Shown here: positions 1 to 11,622 of the stretch, in pieces | Numbering within the stretch: the stretch's first letter is position 1 | Layout: every line of letters begins with the position of its first letter | DNA from: Auanema rhodensis | Lineage: Eukaryota; Animalia; Nematoda | Length of the DNA stretch: 64,000 bases | Direction of reading: 5' to 3' | NCBI GenBank assembly: GCA_964057225.1 | Contig: OZ059899.1 | Span: 16,430,001-16,494,000 of the forward strand | Notes under the pieces: model-generated | Database searches by the model: none | The model's input: the letters and a program-made list of their open reading frames with translations, nothing else | Told to the model about the DNA's origin: nothing | Position numbers and translations under genes: made by a program

Positions 1-1875
1 TGCTCTCATGAGGGTTACGGTATTCATGTTCAGGAAATTACACAAATGCCAATCAACCTTACGCCCAAAAAACTATTCGCTAAAGATTCTTCATTACTGG
101 AGGTATATTCAAAAAATATATATTAGGCGGAAAATGAAACGATAACCTGCTGTGAATTTAGATGGACGATCTTCGAGTCAATTACGTCATTCCACATTAT
201 ACATTGGCTACCATTTTCATAAATAATCCAGGCAACTTGTCAGACCTTAACAGGCTTCAAAGGTACCAAAAATAAAAAGAAATACCTTCAAAGAATGTCG
301 AACAATTATTTTAAAGGCTAAATGCATTTGTCGCCGAGATGGAACATCTACCTGGGGCATGGGGGTCAGTCTCTTCGAATTATTTCATTCGTGACTTCGC
401 AGAATTTGAAAAAACTATCAAAGAACTAGAAGCTGATGGTGAAGAAGTAATGCCAGGTTAGCGGCTTTAAATATAAAGACGTATTGACATTTTCAAATTG
501 TAGAAGATAATCGAATTTTAAATATGAATGATCTTAAAGCATTCATTGAATGGCCAGAATATGAGTATTGGAGAGGTTTTCTCCGAACACATCAAGATAA
601 CTCTACGTAAAAATTTTCAAATTTAAATCTTAAAATCAACTGAAAATATTTCAGCGGAACTACAGTGCTTGATAAATTTTTCTTAACAACAGCTTTCAAA
701 GGAGAATACTTGAAAGAATGGGTTAAAAGAGCTGTGATGCTTAGACAATGGCGATCAATTGTCGATAAATACAGGTAAAATTGGACTTTCTCAAATTATT
801 TGAAATTAATAATTTCAATTTTAGTCCCGAGTTCAATATTACTGTATTTTCTGATGACGGTATCTATCTAGATTTGATTGACAATATGCCAACTGATACT
901 TGGCAGGTAAATTGATGATGATTATTGATGCATAATATCTATTTATTATAAAATATACTTAACATATATAATATTTTATTTGTTTCAGTCAGCGGTAGCT
1001 ACTATAGGATGTATGGCATTAATTTGTTTTGTATTCATGTATGACATCTTTACTGTAGTTGTCGCCACTGGTATTATATCTTCAATTATGGCGGGTAAGT
1101 GGATATTCCCAGGATTCAAATTCTGTCATAATTCCGTTTGAAGTTCTCATGAAACTTTTGTATTTCAACAGGTATACTGGGAATATTATCATGGACTGGT
1201 ACTGAACTTGATCCCATCGTTATGGCTGCTTTGATTATCTCAATTGGATTTTCGGTTGATATTCCAGCTCATGTTAGCTACCACTATCACACAGCTGGTT
1301 CGTTTGATATTCTTGTTGAGTAAAGCCCAATATGGAACAGCATAAACAATGAATGAAATCATATACACAGAACTGTTGCTTTGGAGATGCTAAAAACTCG
1401 AAAACAGAGATAAAATGTTTTGTTTCAGGCCGACACGGACGAAAAACCGTTAGATCTCGTCTTCATTATTGTCTCTCCTCAGTAGGATTTCCGGCTATCC
1501 AAGCTTCAATCAGTACCAGTCTTTGCGTACTTTCATTACTGTTTGTGTCCATTTATATGTCTCAGGTAATTAAAAAAATATGTTTATTCACAAAACTATA
1601 TTGTTATTCAAATGTAAATATCATCATTTCATATTTCGTCAATTCATCTCGTGAATGACTCAAATGAAAACTAATTATTTCAGGTTTTTGTGAAAACAAT
1701 GATTCTATGTATGATGTTGTGTGTCATTCACGGCCTTCTACTCATTCCCTGCGTTTGTTCACTTCTTTCTATTGATGCTAAAAGTACTGATGATCAGCAA
1801 AAAAAGCATGAAATACAAACCATACCAACTGGAATCAGAAACAAAGATATAGACATGATCTCATCCAAGCATTAA
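1..1875 (+). CDS. Patched-related (PTR) RND-family membrane protein, 3' part, multi-exon; 5' end lies outside the window
   Basis: Spliced translation gives ITQMPINLTPKKLFAKDSSLLE in the first exon, and later GILSWTGTELDPIVMAALIISIGFSVDIPAHVSYHY (GxxxD motif typical of nematode PTR proteins) and SSVGFPAIQASISTSLCV...FVKTMILCMMLCVIHGLLLIP. GT-AG introns; stop at 1873-1875. The specific ptr paralogue was not determined. Confidence 0.9.
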
Positions 1876-2464
1876 TTGTTTTTTTTTCTAACAAATTACT
1901 TAAGATTAACGTAATATTGTGATTATTAATGTATACATAAATATATGAATTATTGAGCCAACTTCATAAAATGAGAAACATAATATGTACGTTAAACGGA
2001 GAAATACTCCAAAATAAACTTTGTTTTCTAAGCTTCTGAAACTGCGGTTAGGTCGAGTAACGTATTATAGACGACTCTTGAAATGTCAAGTTGATGTCCT
2101 TGTCTACTAGTTACTACTTTCATCTTTTCTCTCTCCCACATGTCTACATTGCATCATCGAAAGTTCAATTTTCTACCCTAGTGTCTTCATCCACCTTCAG
2201 GCACTTGAACACTACAAGGCGTACTTCCAAATAAGCAGAGATCTAGTTTTACAGAGGTTTACTTCGATTTACAACTTGTTTCAAAGCAAATATGAACTAC
2301 GAATGTTATATTCTTTGAAAATATAAGCACGAAAAAACATGTTACATATTTTGGAGGCTTTGGAAGCTGCATAACCATCGTTCGTTCAGTTTGCCTCAAC
2401 AACATTCGCTTGCATCTACTGCCGAGTTTCAATTCGATCCTCTTCAATCCAACTCATCGAACAA

Positions 2465-4096
2465 ATGATGAAAAATGTAAAAAGTCTATTTTCCATAAAA
2501 TCCATAACACTTCTGTGTCTTTGTATTTCCACTAGTTTACTGCTTCTCAGCATTTTAAGCATTTTGTTGGTAGCTAAGGATGTGCACGATTTTCAAGCAG
2601 GCGCTATGGATGAATTGAATGGCTTTAAGGTTTAACAATTGTAAGTTTTATTGTTTTAATTTTGTTTTTTAAGTATTGGGCAGATTTGGCTTGGAATGAT
2701 ATGACGTCTATTACGCTAAGACAACCTCGATCTGCTCATCGTGCTTTTTTGAACAGTGGAGATTTTACTTCCGGAGCTGCTTACAGGTTTCTAATTTTTA
2801 TGATGCCCTTGACTTACCTACCTTTTGTTTCGCAAAGAGTCTAAAAGTGAAAATCGATGAACTAATCAAGTTTTTAGGCCACCCAATCCACCCTATGCTG
2901 AACAACCCCCTTATCGCGAACAATTAGTCAGAATATCAATGGATACACAATGCGGTAAATAGACAAAACTCTATTGGTTAAACTAAAACTGTTTAAAACA
3001 TGTTGATCACACAAAACGATCACTGAAAACTGCCTGTTTAGACTGTGCAGCTAGAGCTAACACATGCCCCCCCGGTCCACCCGGTTCTCCAGGAGAGCCA
3101 GGAGAGAATGGAGGTAAATCAAACATAGTTATATAGATAAATAGATCGCAACTAAAACATTTGTAGAGGCAGGCAATGTTGGTGAACCAGGAAAACCCGG
3201 AATAAATGGAATATCACTTATATCTACAGACGAAACTGAGGAAAACATGGGATGTATAATATGCCCAATGGGACCACCTGGACCCATGGGACATCCAGGA
3301 CCTCAAGGTTTACCTGTAAGAGTGTTTTATTTCTTAAGTCAAATAAACGTCAATACTTAGGGAAGACAAGGCTTTAAAGGAAGACCGGGATTGCCTGGTC
3401 CAAGAGGTCCACCAGGCCTTCCAGGACCACTTGGAGATATTGGTCCACCGGGTAACAAAAATTGTGAACAAATAAATCGTATAACATTACTATGTCAGGA
3501 ATATCTGGACCAATTGGCCCACCTGGAGAACCAGGAAATGACTCGATAAAACTCATAGGATTACCGGGACCTGAAGGTCTTCCCGGACCGTTAGGCCCGG
3601 CTGGTTTGCCTGGTCCCCCCGGTAGAGATGCTCGCCCTAGTCATCCCGGACCTACGGGTCCTCGAGGTCCCCCAGGAAAACTTGGAGAGAAAGGAATACC
3701 AGGAGAAATTGGCTACGTAAATTAGCATATTAAAGCATGAAAGGTCAATCGGTTAATGTTTTCAGATCGGGGCTCAAGGAGGTCCTGGTAAAGATGCATC
3801 ATATTGTCCATGTCCACCAAAAACTAGAACACAGTCAGAATTCGTAATCGAAAATTCAAATCAAGAACAAGATGTGTTTGGTAAGGATATTAGAATCACA
3901 ATGTGAATGAAAAAATGTTTCAGTAGAATCAAAAAGCCATGCAGAAGAGAGCGAGACTAGGGAAGAATATAGACGAAAGTAAGAAGGAATCACTCTAAAA
4001 CTAGCTCAATTCAAACATTTTTTCAGATTAATTGCTCGTTTGATGAAAAAAAGACGGTTAGCTGCTCTCAGAGCTGCAGCTCGACAAGTTGTATAA
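2465..4096 (+). CDS. Nematode cuticle collagen, multi-exon
   Basis: ATG at 2465 is followed by a hydrophobic N-terminal segment and a Col_cuticle_N-like region ([17 protein letters not shown]), an RxxR site (RQPR), Cys clusters ([17 protein letters not shown]; [11 protein letters not shown]), Gly-X-Y blocks and C-terminal [10 protein letters not shown]. The last exon ends [15 protein letters not shown] at 4094-4096. Confidence 0.93.
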
Positions 4097-4110
4097 AGCC
4101 ATGAATATAT

Positions 4111-4116
4111 AATAAA
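4111..4116 (+). terminator. Probable polyadenylation signal of the collagen gene
   Basis: AATAAA 15 nt after the stop codon; AT-rich context lowers its specificity. Confidence 0.45.
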
Positions 4117-4801
4117 GTTTTAAAAACGCCTTACTCCCGTCATATATAAACTTCTTTAGTAATTTGAGATTTTTAACATTATGAAGAACAGAAATTAACA
4201 CTATAAAACAAAGAAAACATCATGATTATATGCTAGGAAGAATTAAAGAATAAGTTTTTGTATTAAAAACTTTTACGAAATGTTGGAGTGTAAAGTTATG
4301 AAATTACAAAGGGAAAAGCAATGAAAGTACAAAATTATCCTGATTGAGATTATTGACTCAGGATATATATGTATATCATATGATTGTACTTTGCACATAA
4401 AAGTACATAAGAAGAACAGGTAATAAGTGTATAAATTATAGATGGGAACGCTTAAAAGGTCATTTGTGTCATTCTGTAGAGAATATGGATTACATTCTTA
4501 TTTAAAATTGAAAAATCGTTTAAATGAATCAATTACCAAGCACACTTTTAAACGTTAACATCGGAAAATGATTCAAAGTACCTTCTAGATATAGATACTA
4601 CAAATTTCTCCAAATTCTTTAAGTTATTCGAATAAGAGAATTATTAATCTTTATAGTTCTAACGGAGCATAAAACAATCTTGAAAGATATCTTAGCATAA
4701 TAATCCACATGAACAAAGAATGGAAAAAAATAACAATAACAAAAAGGATCAACAAGGAAAAATGTGGAAAATAGTAAAAAATAAGTGACTTACTCTTATT
4801 A

Positions 4802-5842
4802 CTATTTGTCAACTAATTCAATTTTCTTTAAATGCAAAAAGCAAACAGGTGCTACATCATTATCTTCATGAACTATGACCTAAAAATAGTTGATATTGAC
4901 GTCGAAAACGTTGGTGTGAAATAGAATTACCTCTTTCTCTATAATATTGATTTTCTTTATGAAAAGAGGACAGTCTATAACAAAGGTCTCATATTCTCCT
5001 CCCTCTCCACACGGATGAACACCATATTTCTCATTCAATGTTAACATTGTGGGCTCGATCTTGGTTAATGTATCGCAGTAGTTTACAAGAATGGTTAGAT
5101 GATACCTCACTCAATAATAGGCCTAAATGCTTTCTATTTAACCCAACAGCAGCCACTTTGATGATTATGGCTTTCACTTCCTCTTCAATCATTTCATGTA
5201 ATAACTCCTAAAATATTAAACCATCTAGCGATCCCATGTTATTGAGATAGTAAAAGCTGAATATTGAGCATTGTAAGTACCTTTTGTTCTCGTTCCCACA
5301 AATAACAAAGAGGAACTAAGCCTAAACGTTCGCAAACATTCTCAACACGCAACTTCTGGTAGGTGGACAGAATAGCCCCGGCCGACACGCCTATGTACAG
5401 CAATGTATAGACGGTATCCTGTTTCAATATACCTTTAACTGATGGATGCTTCTTCTTGATCTCTTCAAGTAGGCTATACAGGTCTTCAACTTCATCTCCC
5501 TCGGTCGGCTAATACTCAAAATTCACGAATTGAGGGTGAATGTGCAACATACCTCGTAATTATTTTTCTGATTAACCGAGCCTCCCGTAATAACTTTTCT
5601 ATACAATGGTATTCCCATAGCATCGCTATATAACTATGCTTCCGATTAAAACCTCACACTAGACAAAAACATACAGACACACCTTCTGCTCCGACACTTT
5701 GATACATGAACGAATCCAGTTCTGTTACGGGGGTCGGAGGCAGTAAATTGGCCAATGCCACTATTCTATGTCCATCTTTTTGAGCACACATCATATTGTA
5801 ACAACTATCTTTACCTCCAGAAACTAACCCAACGACGTCCAT
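4802..5842 (-). CDS. dph-6: Diphthine--ammonia ligase (diphthamide synthase, PP-loop ATPase), multi-exon
   Basis: [17 protein letters not shown] (PP-loop SGGKDS), [39 protein letters not shown] and [21 protein letters not shown] are DPH6 signature segments. The last exon reads [28 protein letters not shown] (stop at 4802-4804). An in-frame ATG at 5851 is an alternative start. Confidence 0.93.
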
Positions 5843-6160
5843 CACCTGCATCTGAATGTTTTTGTACTTGTACTAAACCGCGTTAAACATAAGGCTAGCC
5901 TATATACCCCACAGAACAAAATAATCACATAGACATTTATTACGAACAAGCGTAATTTTGATACACCATTCTCCGATAAAATGCTGCTAAGGCGAAAAGG
6001 TTGAACGACCTGGCAATGTCCGTGACAATGACAATAGTACAGAAGAAAAATAGCAAAAAAAATCTGTATCAAGCATAGCACTACAAGAAAATATATTATC
6101 TACACATTGGAATCCAAGTGATCAGAACCTCAATCAAATATAATATACAATGCAATCGAA

Positions 6161-7002
6161 TCACGAAAGATATGACAACTCCTCACGTGTTTTCTCCTTA
6201 TGATGAGCAGCAAGCTGCTCGGCGGCAAAATTAACGTACTGCTGATGCTGTTCTAAAATAAAAATTTGAAGTACATAGATACTTTATGATTATTACCGTC
6301 TAGCTTAAGACAGAGAGCGGACTCATATTCCTGGCGAAGACGCATCTCCTGCTCTTTCAACAAACGTTCACAGATCAATTGAACCTGAAGAGGCATGAAT
6401 ACAAGGATTACTACTGTTATATTATACAAACCTGCTTCAAACTGAACTGTGGTTTTTCAGCAAGTGTAACTAAGACGTTACTGGATGAAGGCTTAGGGCA
6501 AGAAGATTCTCCTTCAGAATCGGATCCAGACTATAACAGAAAAGATAAGTTTGGAATGAATATATGTCAACTAACATGGCTAGGGGATTCAGGAGCTCTG
6601 TACTCTTTGTTTGGTTTGTTTTCATCAGTAATATCATCAGTAACGGTTCTTCTAGGAATAAGCTTTCTCCTCTTAAGATTTTTTATCTCAGATCTCAAAT
6701 AAGCTCCAAGTTGAGAAGAGGTAAGCTGGCAGCCCGCGATGGATGAAAAGTGATTGTTCGATTCCTGCTAAAACAGAATTTCTCAATAAAATTTGTGTTT
6801 GTTAGATTTTAATTACATTTTGGATTTTTTGCGCAAAGGTGCTACTGGTGGAAGGCAAGCTTGCAGCAATAGTCCCGATCTGGGCACGGAATGGTGAACA
6901 ATGAGCAGTTTGACGAGCTCTTTTAGCCTCATTGCTGTAACCGTCTTCGGTTAAGTAAGAATCATACTCATGAGGCCTTTTTAAGGCTAATCCACATGCC
7001 AT
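6161..7002 (-). CDS. akir-1: Akirin, multi-exon
   Basis: N-terminus MACGLALKRPHEYD...EAKRAR (akirin MAC.TLKR motif and NLS). The C-terminal exons give KPQFSLKQVQLICERLLKEQEMRLRQEYESALCLKL..EQHQQYVNFAAEQL...ELSYLS-stop, with the akirin SY[VL]S terminus. Confidence 0.93.
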
Positions 7003-7729
7003 TATTCTAAATAGAACTGTTTAAAATATCTTTTGAAATATATTCGAAACCTTGACGATGAAGTCATAAGAAAGGTCGAAAGAGAACGACCAGTTAAGTT
7101 TTTTTGGGAAACAAAAAATATATCATTTTTAAAAAGAGACGCCACGTAACACAATGGTTTTATTACGTGACGCGCGAGCAGATCATGTGAGACAAGTTAG
7201 AGTAGATCAAAAAAATTGTATTTTTTTCGGTGGAATGTTCTATTTGAAAAGGGAAGATATAGAACTACAAAAAATAAGGAGCAACAATAAATGTAAAAGT
7301 GAGGAAAACCTTATTGGAATCACAACGTTAAACGACGAAAGTCGATATCAATCGCAGACGCACACTGGTGGGCGGGGCTACCGTGACCGGCTCCTGCAAA
7401 TCTTAAAAATACCGCGCGTTCAAACTTTGACAGTAGAGCGCTAATCAAATTGAGCTAAAATTAAATAAAAGCTTAAACATAAAGAATAAATAATAACAGG
7501 AAATGTCAAAAATTGGGTATATGATAAGTAAAACAGTTTTTTAAAAAAAAATTTTAAATTAAACTTGTGGTACTTTTTTAAAAAAAAGTGGAATTGTTTT
7601 CCTTGCGTTAATTTTTTGCGAACTGGTTGACAAATAGAAGTGATGACTTTTTTTTATTGATTTTAAGTAATTTTGTATGAAGTAAAATTTGTGCTATTAT
7701 TATTAATATTAATAATATTAATATTACAG
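7003..7729. promoter_or_regulatory. Divergent intergenic/promoter region between akirin (-) and the POML gene (+)
   Basis: About 730 bp between head-to-head start codons, with a CpG-richer core (CACGTAAC, TTACGTGACGCGCG near 7143-7176; GC box GGGCGGGG at 7370-7377) flanked by T/A blocks. Both ATGs are closely preceded by splice-acceptor-like sites (TTTAG-AATA-ATG; TTACAG-ATG), consistent with trans-splicing. Confidence 0.5.
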
Positions 7730-9280
7730 ATGTTAGGTAAGCTATTTTTGTTTCTGATATCTGGCTTTCTTGCCGCCTACGTTGCAAATATGTTGTAAGT
7801 TACAAGATTTATTCCTTCATAGTAAATATATAGTGTTTCATTACCTTTTTTTCATATAGGCTACATATGGGGTCTAACAAGCGAGTTTATAATCATCGAC
7901 CAGGTCATTGTGAGGAAATCGAAGGAATTAGTTGAGTTATTTTCATTCTGTTCTGATTGCCGAATCATTTCTCCGGATTCTAGAGCATGGTTCCGAAGAT
8001 ATTGTTGTGATTGAAAGTCTAGGATTAGCATTTATTTCTTCGGGTCTCTTTTACATGCAAGAACGCGCCAAAGAAGTTACTGGACAAATATTCGTTTATA
8101 ACTTAAGTCAATCTATTAAAAAAGCCAAACCCCTTCCAATCAAAGGTTTTGCTAATTTGGTACAGAAAAATTGACAATCTTTATTACAATTATTGCTTAA
8201 GGCGTCATTCGCTCCCCACGGAATGAGCCATTTTGAATCAGATGGCGTATTACGATTGTTTGTTGTAAACCACGAAACTCCATCTTTTGCCCATTCAATC
8301 GAAATCTTCCGCTACGATAGTCAGAAAAATGAACTTATCCACGAAAAAACTGTAAAAGATGAGAAATTCATTAGGCATGTCTTCATCAAATTGATAATGT
8401 CTATCATTTAAATTGGCTTCAGACCGAATGATGTTGTTGCCATTTCGGCAGATTCGTTTATAGTGTCTAATGATGGATCAGCCCAAACACCTCTCTCTAA
8501 TCTGTTTGAAGTTTTATTATTTTTGAAGGCCGGATCTGTAGTTTTTTATGACGGAAAAGTTTAACGCCTAAGAGATACATTCTTAAATTTAACCAGCTAA
8601 TTATAGGAATCTCATTATATTCTTGAGAATGCTGTATCCCCTAATGGAATTATTATGGATCAATCAAAAAAATATTTATTAGTATCTCATCCTAATGCTA
8701 AGAGTATAGTTGTTTATAAATTCGGCAAAGTATATTACGCTTAATGTTGACCAATTCACGTGTTGAACTTTAGGATTACAAGAATACACTAGAGGTAGTT
8801 CAGGAAGTAGAGCTTAAAACAACCGCCGATAACTTATTCATTGATCCTTCTGGTTCAGTTTGGACGGTAAGATTATTTAAAACACTAATTGTTTTACCCA
8901 TCTGTTGTATCATATTTCAAATTAAATGTTTAAGTGTTTTAGAAGTTTTCATATTGTAATTGCAGGGTGCTCATCCAGTCCTGAAGGACGCTTTCGGTCA
9001 CATGGGGAACCCTGATGACCTTAAAGAGTATGCGCCGTCCCAGGTTATTTAGCACGTACATTGAGCTGTATTCATTAATCTAATATAGATATTGAGAATT
9101 GATTTTTCCAAAGATTGGAAATCATGGGAAATCACGGAAGTTTATGTTGATGATGGTCGTCAATTATCTGCTAGTTCCAGCGCAGTATTGTACAAAGACC
9201 AACTTCTTCTGGGAACCGTTTTCCGTCAGCTTGTACACTGTCACATTTCTGATAGGAAAACATTGCAAGCTCGTTCTTAA
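7730..9280 (+). CDS. Paraoxonase/arylesterase-like protein (POML/MEC-6 family), multi-exon
   Basis: N-terminal anchor, then NKRVYNHRPGHC, EHGSEDI (PON GSED motif), FAPHGMS, LFVVNH, RPNDVVA, SPNGI, TTADNLFID, VWTGAHP, PSQ-ILRI and DDGRQLSASSSAV...LLLGTVF. The PON Ca2+-ligand motifs are retained. Confidence 0.92.
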
Positions 9281-9454
9281 ATACTTAATGGCTGATATCT
9301 TATCTTTATAATAACAATAACCGTACACGTAAGTTTATAAATTTGGTTCAACTTGAAGACATTGATTTTCCGCTAAATATTGCATGTTTACACGATTTGA
9401 AATGTTGAATTATTAATTACGAGATCATATAAAGCATGATTCTAGCGAACTATA

Positions 9455-11013
9455 TTAAGTTATCTGTGGATTTATGATATCGCACAATAATAATCGGCTA
9501 TCTTCTCCGCCAATCAGCATCCGATCAGCGTGGAAAATCTACAAAATAATGAATTGGTAAATAACTGGATGTAATAAGACACTGACCACAGAACTACTAG
9601 CAGGTAGAGTAGCTCCATCGTTTGAATATGGTTCAGTTATAACCCATGATAATTGGTCTTTCTGAAAAATGATGAGATCAATATGTACATAGAGTTTCTA
9701 TATTACTTGTATTCTTATACGCAAAACTTGGCTTGGGGAAACTTTTTTGTTTTTATTTGTTTTATCCTCCAGTTTACTGTACATCCAGTACTGATGTAAT
9801 ACGGGATGCAGAGAAACCCAAATGTCCCCTGCAAATAAGATTTCATAGAAATCCGATTTTAATGTTATCATATGCTGTGAACACATTTAGGTGAGTCATT
9901 TGTTTTACCTGAGGTTTCATCAACATGTAATCCGGAGGGAGATGATAATAAAGCAATATCTGTACGATATGTCAATGAAAGATCTTTATCCAATGTATAC
10001 ATCTTTATATTCTGAAAATCAGTGGTTAAACAAGTAAACCGCCAAGCTAGGATTCTGACCTCAGATATCATTGAGGCCACATATAAAATATTTTTCTTTG
10101 AATTTACGGCTAGAGCAGACGGTGATGGCAAACGTGATAGTGCTACAGATACTGAATTTCCATTGAAATAATAAAGAGTTCCAAAAGAATTCTTAACAAA
10201 AAAATTAATTTTTAGTTTAAAAAATAGACGTTTACATAAAGAATAAGCTCCAATGTTTGCAGTAAACCAGACTCGAACCAGCTTTCTCGGGCTACATAGA
10301 ATTTATCCGGTCCAACAACAACTATGTCGGAAAGACTAAATACGAATACATATTTATTATATTCATGTGTTGAGATATACCTGATGAATGATGGATCACA
10401 AACACTTTTTCGATGTATAAGTATGTCCTTTTCTTTGTTATAAATCAGCACCTCAACGCAATTTTTGTTTATAACATATAGAATAGCACGACCCTTGTTA
10501 TAATATACGGATATTTTAGAAGGGTGAAAATCTTTCTATAAATTAGTTGATGGTACTTAAAATTTACAATATATACTATTATAGTACCTGTCGAAAATCT
10601 TTTCCTTGTATTTTCAACTCTCGTGGACGAGTACCAGGATTCTCTCCTTTGATCTGATAGACATATATTTTTCCAACAGCATTCTCTTGTTTCCCAGAAG
10701 TGATAAACACTTCTCCACTTTCTGATATAAGTTCAAGACCAGGAGCACCAGATTCTAAATTAGAGTTTAAATCTGTTAATGGAGAAATGAAACATTTAAA
10801 ATTTCTTACCCATTGATTCCAAAAGCTTACAGGGGCCAGGCGCATGATTATATACTCGTTTATTAAAGTCAAAAATAAGCCTAAAATGGTTTCTATTTAT
10901 TTATATGAAAAGCAGAAAACTTGCATAATTTTTATAGATAAACTACATATTATTACTAGGACAGCCCAAAGAGCTAAACGATGAAGAATTTCTTTTGGGT
11001 TAGAAGGTAGCAT
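9455..11013 (-). CDS. mec-6: MEC-6-like paraoxonase-family protein, multi-exon
   Basis: FDFNKRVYNHAPGPC, HRKSVCDPSFISLSDIVVVGPDKFYV, ILYVASMISE, LLSSPSGLHVDETSGDIWVSLHPVLH, SPSQVLRIRIQ and SWVITEPYSNDGATLPASSSVV closely resemble MEC-6 as I recall it. It lacks GSED/HG/ND/DN ligands. Orthology to mec-6 versus a paralogue such as poml-1 was not tested. Confidence 0.8.
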
Positions 11014-11622
11014 TCCTGATTTTGGATTACTGGAGAAATATGTGCTAAGGAGAGCAGCTGGCTAAAGCTCTACCATAGAGGACTTGAAGACTTGAATGCG
11101 ATCGATATGAGAGCAACCGGGTGTCCATTGTATTATGTCCTAGCAGATGGTCAATGGTTAGATCGATTAGTATTGAAATATTTATCAAGCTTTTTAAATA
11201 GCTAGTATGCCACGTTGATTTATAATATTTAAAAATTGATAAAAGTTGTGGTGGAATTTATTATTTTAAAAAATTTACAGTATCCCTTATGACACCTGTT
11301 AAGTTTCACTGCTGAAGTTTCTCTAAAATTTTGACATCATCGAATTAAATCATTTCCAGTAATAAGGAATAAAATGTAATTCTTCATTAAGTATAAAAAT
11401 TGGCAGATTGGATTATTTACTTTGAACAAACTCATTAAAATTTTTGATAGTTGGAGCAAAACTATTTTTCTGGCGAGTTGTAAGCTTCTATGTCATAATT
11501 TAGATAGAAGCTGGTTAAAATTTGAATATTAGGTCTCACCACGAACAAAATGAAAATGCGTGCTATCCTTTTCCTCATCCTCATTATCAAGATTTAATTT
11601 GCTTCAATTTATTCAGGAACAG

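Noticed and set aside
5842-7444. ORFs 5842-6081(-), 6379-6702(+), 6564-6746(+), 7154-7444(+)
   Set aside because: They are antisense shadows of akirin exons, or lie in UTR/promoter DNA, with no recognisable protein features.
7695-7726. AT-only palindromic run TATTAATATTAATAATATTAATATTA
   Set aside because: Low-complexity AT sequence upstream of an acceptor site; palindromy is expected by chance.
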